Source of the DNA: Chiloscyllium plagiosum
Taxonomy: Eukaryota
Length of the DNA stretch: 64,000 nt
Reading direction: 5' to 3'
NCBI RefSeq assembly: GCF_004010195.1
Contig: NC_057718.1
Span: 86,982,139-87,046,138, forward strand
Within the stretch, counting starts at the first letter, position 1. The number at the start of each line of letters is the position of its first letter. Positions 63,236 to 64,000 of the stretch are shown one piece after another. The translations under genes and the position numbers were made by a program. The notes beneath the pieces are model-generated. The model was not told where the DNA came from. It searched no databases and saw nothing but the letters and a program-made list of their open reading frames with translations.

Positions 63236-63590
63236 TTGCGCCTTTCACAATCCCAGCATGTCCCAAAATACTCCACAGTCATCAAATTACTTTTAAAGTG
63301 TGGCCACGAGTGCAATGTAGGACATGCAAGGGACACTTTTCACATTGCAAGATCACAAAAAAAAGCTTTGTGACAATGACTGGTGAATCTTTCAGTGGCG
63401 TTGTTTTAGGGAAAAATGGGGAGAACTACCCTGCTTTTGCATCCACCTAAGAAAACAAATGGGGCCTCAGCTGAACATATCATCCAAAGTTTAGTACTTC
63501 CAACAGCCCCCTTGTCCTGTTCTAGATGCCATCCTTGAGTGGATTCACATCTTTTACTAAGAGGTGAGAGTGCTACCAACTGAACCACAA
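63236..63590 (-). mobile_element. Degraded Deu-domain SINE
   Basis: gcgcctttcaca tail, ggggcctcagctgaacatatcatcc body and agagtgctaccaactgaaccac head. Confidence 0.55.
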
Positions 63591-63795
63591 TTGAAATGCA
63601 GTAACATAATTAATATTTGTCATTATTATTGCTAGATTTGACTACCAAGACTGAGGCTGTACTTCCAGCAATGAGATTGCTAAATAGCATAGGCCTCTGT
63701 GAATTCACCTGAGTTATTTGGCATTTGCTGCTGAACATCAAGCTTATTGATGCCGAGTTCTGGTAACACTAAGGTCTGTAATTGTGTATTAACAG

Positions 63796-63882
63796 CATGA
63801 GTAATACAGGAAAAAAAGAACTGGGGGAGTTCACAGTTTTGCACGCTCTGACAGGCTGGCATCCCGAGATCATCCCACTCCG
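63796..63882 (+). CDS. ADGB: Androglobin internal exon ((D)MSNTGKKELGEFTVLHALTGWHPEIIPL(R))
   Basis: aacAG acceptor, GTaagc donor, 87 nt, phase 2-2. Completes the split GA|C codon from the previous exon. HALTGW.PE calpain-like motif. Confidence 0.92.
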
Positions 63883-64000
63883 GTAAGCAATTGTGGGAAA
63901 ATTAATTTGCATGTCCCAGGTTAAATCAATAAGTTACTGTATTTATTAACTTGAATATTGGAAATAAGGTAGATGCTAGATTTTAAATGGACTTGTGTAA

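Overview
This is vertebrate genomic DNA, most likely from a shark or other cartilaginous fish (inferred from HE1/V-SINEs, Deu-type SINEs and esterase-bearing CR1 LINEs). The window lies inside the androglobin (ADGB) gene on the + strand. Five consecutive, frame-compatible GT-AG exons encode the N-terminal calpain-like region (17600-17692, 19120-19191, 31735-31935, 57059-57198, 63796-63882). The rest is intronic and packed with decayed retroelements: near-full-length CR1 LINEs with SGNH-esterase ORF1, a second LINE family with no visible ORF1, a Gmr1-like Gypsy element, Penelope-like element (PLE) remnants, SINEs and two tRNA-derived sequences. There are four N-gaps. No intact autonomous element and no prokaryotic system was found. 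The most notable observations are minimal hammerhead ribozyme motifs in three PLE families, a tRNA-Trp/CR1 chimeric insertion, a LINE sharing both its 5' region and 3' tail with a tRNA-SINE, CR1 5'UTR monomers with a self-sequestered splice donor, locally templated insertions, and Lys at the ADGB position recalled as Cys in human. Family names and human ADGB comparisons are from memory, not database searches.
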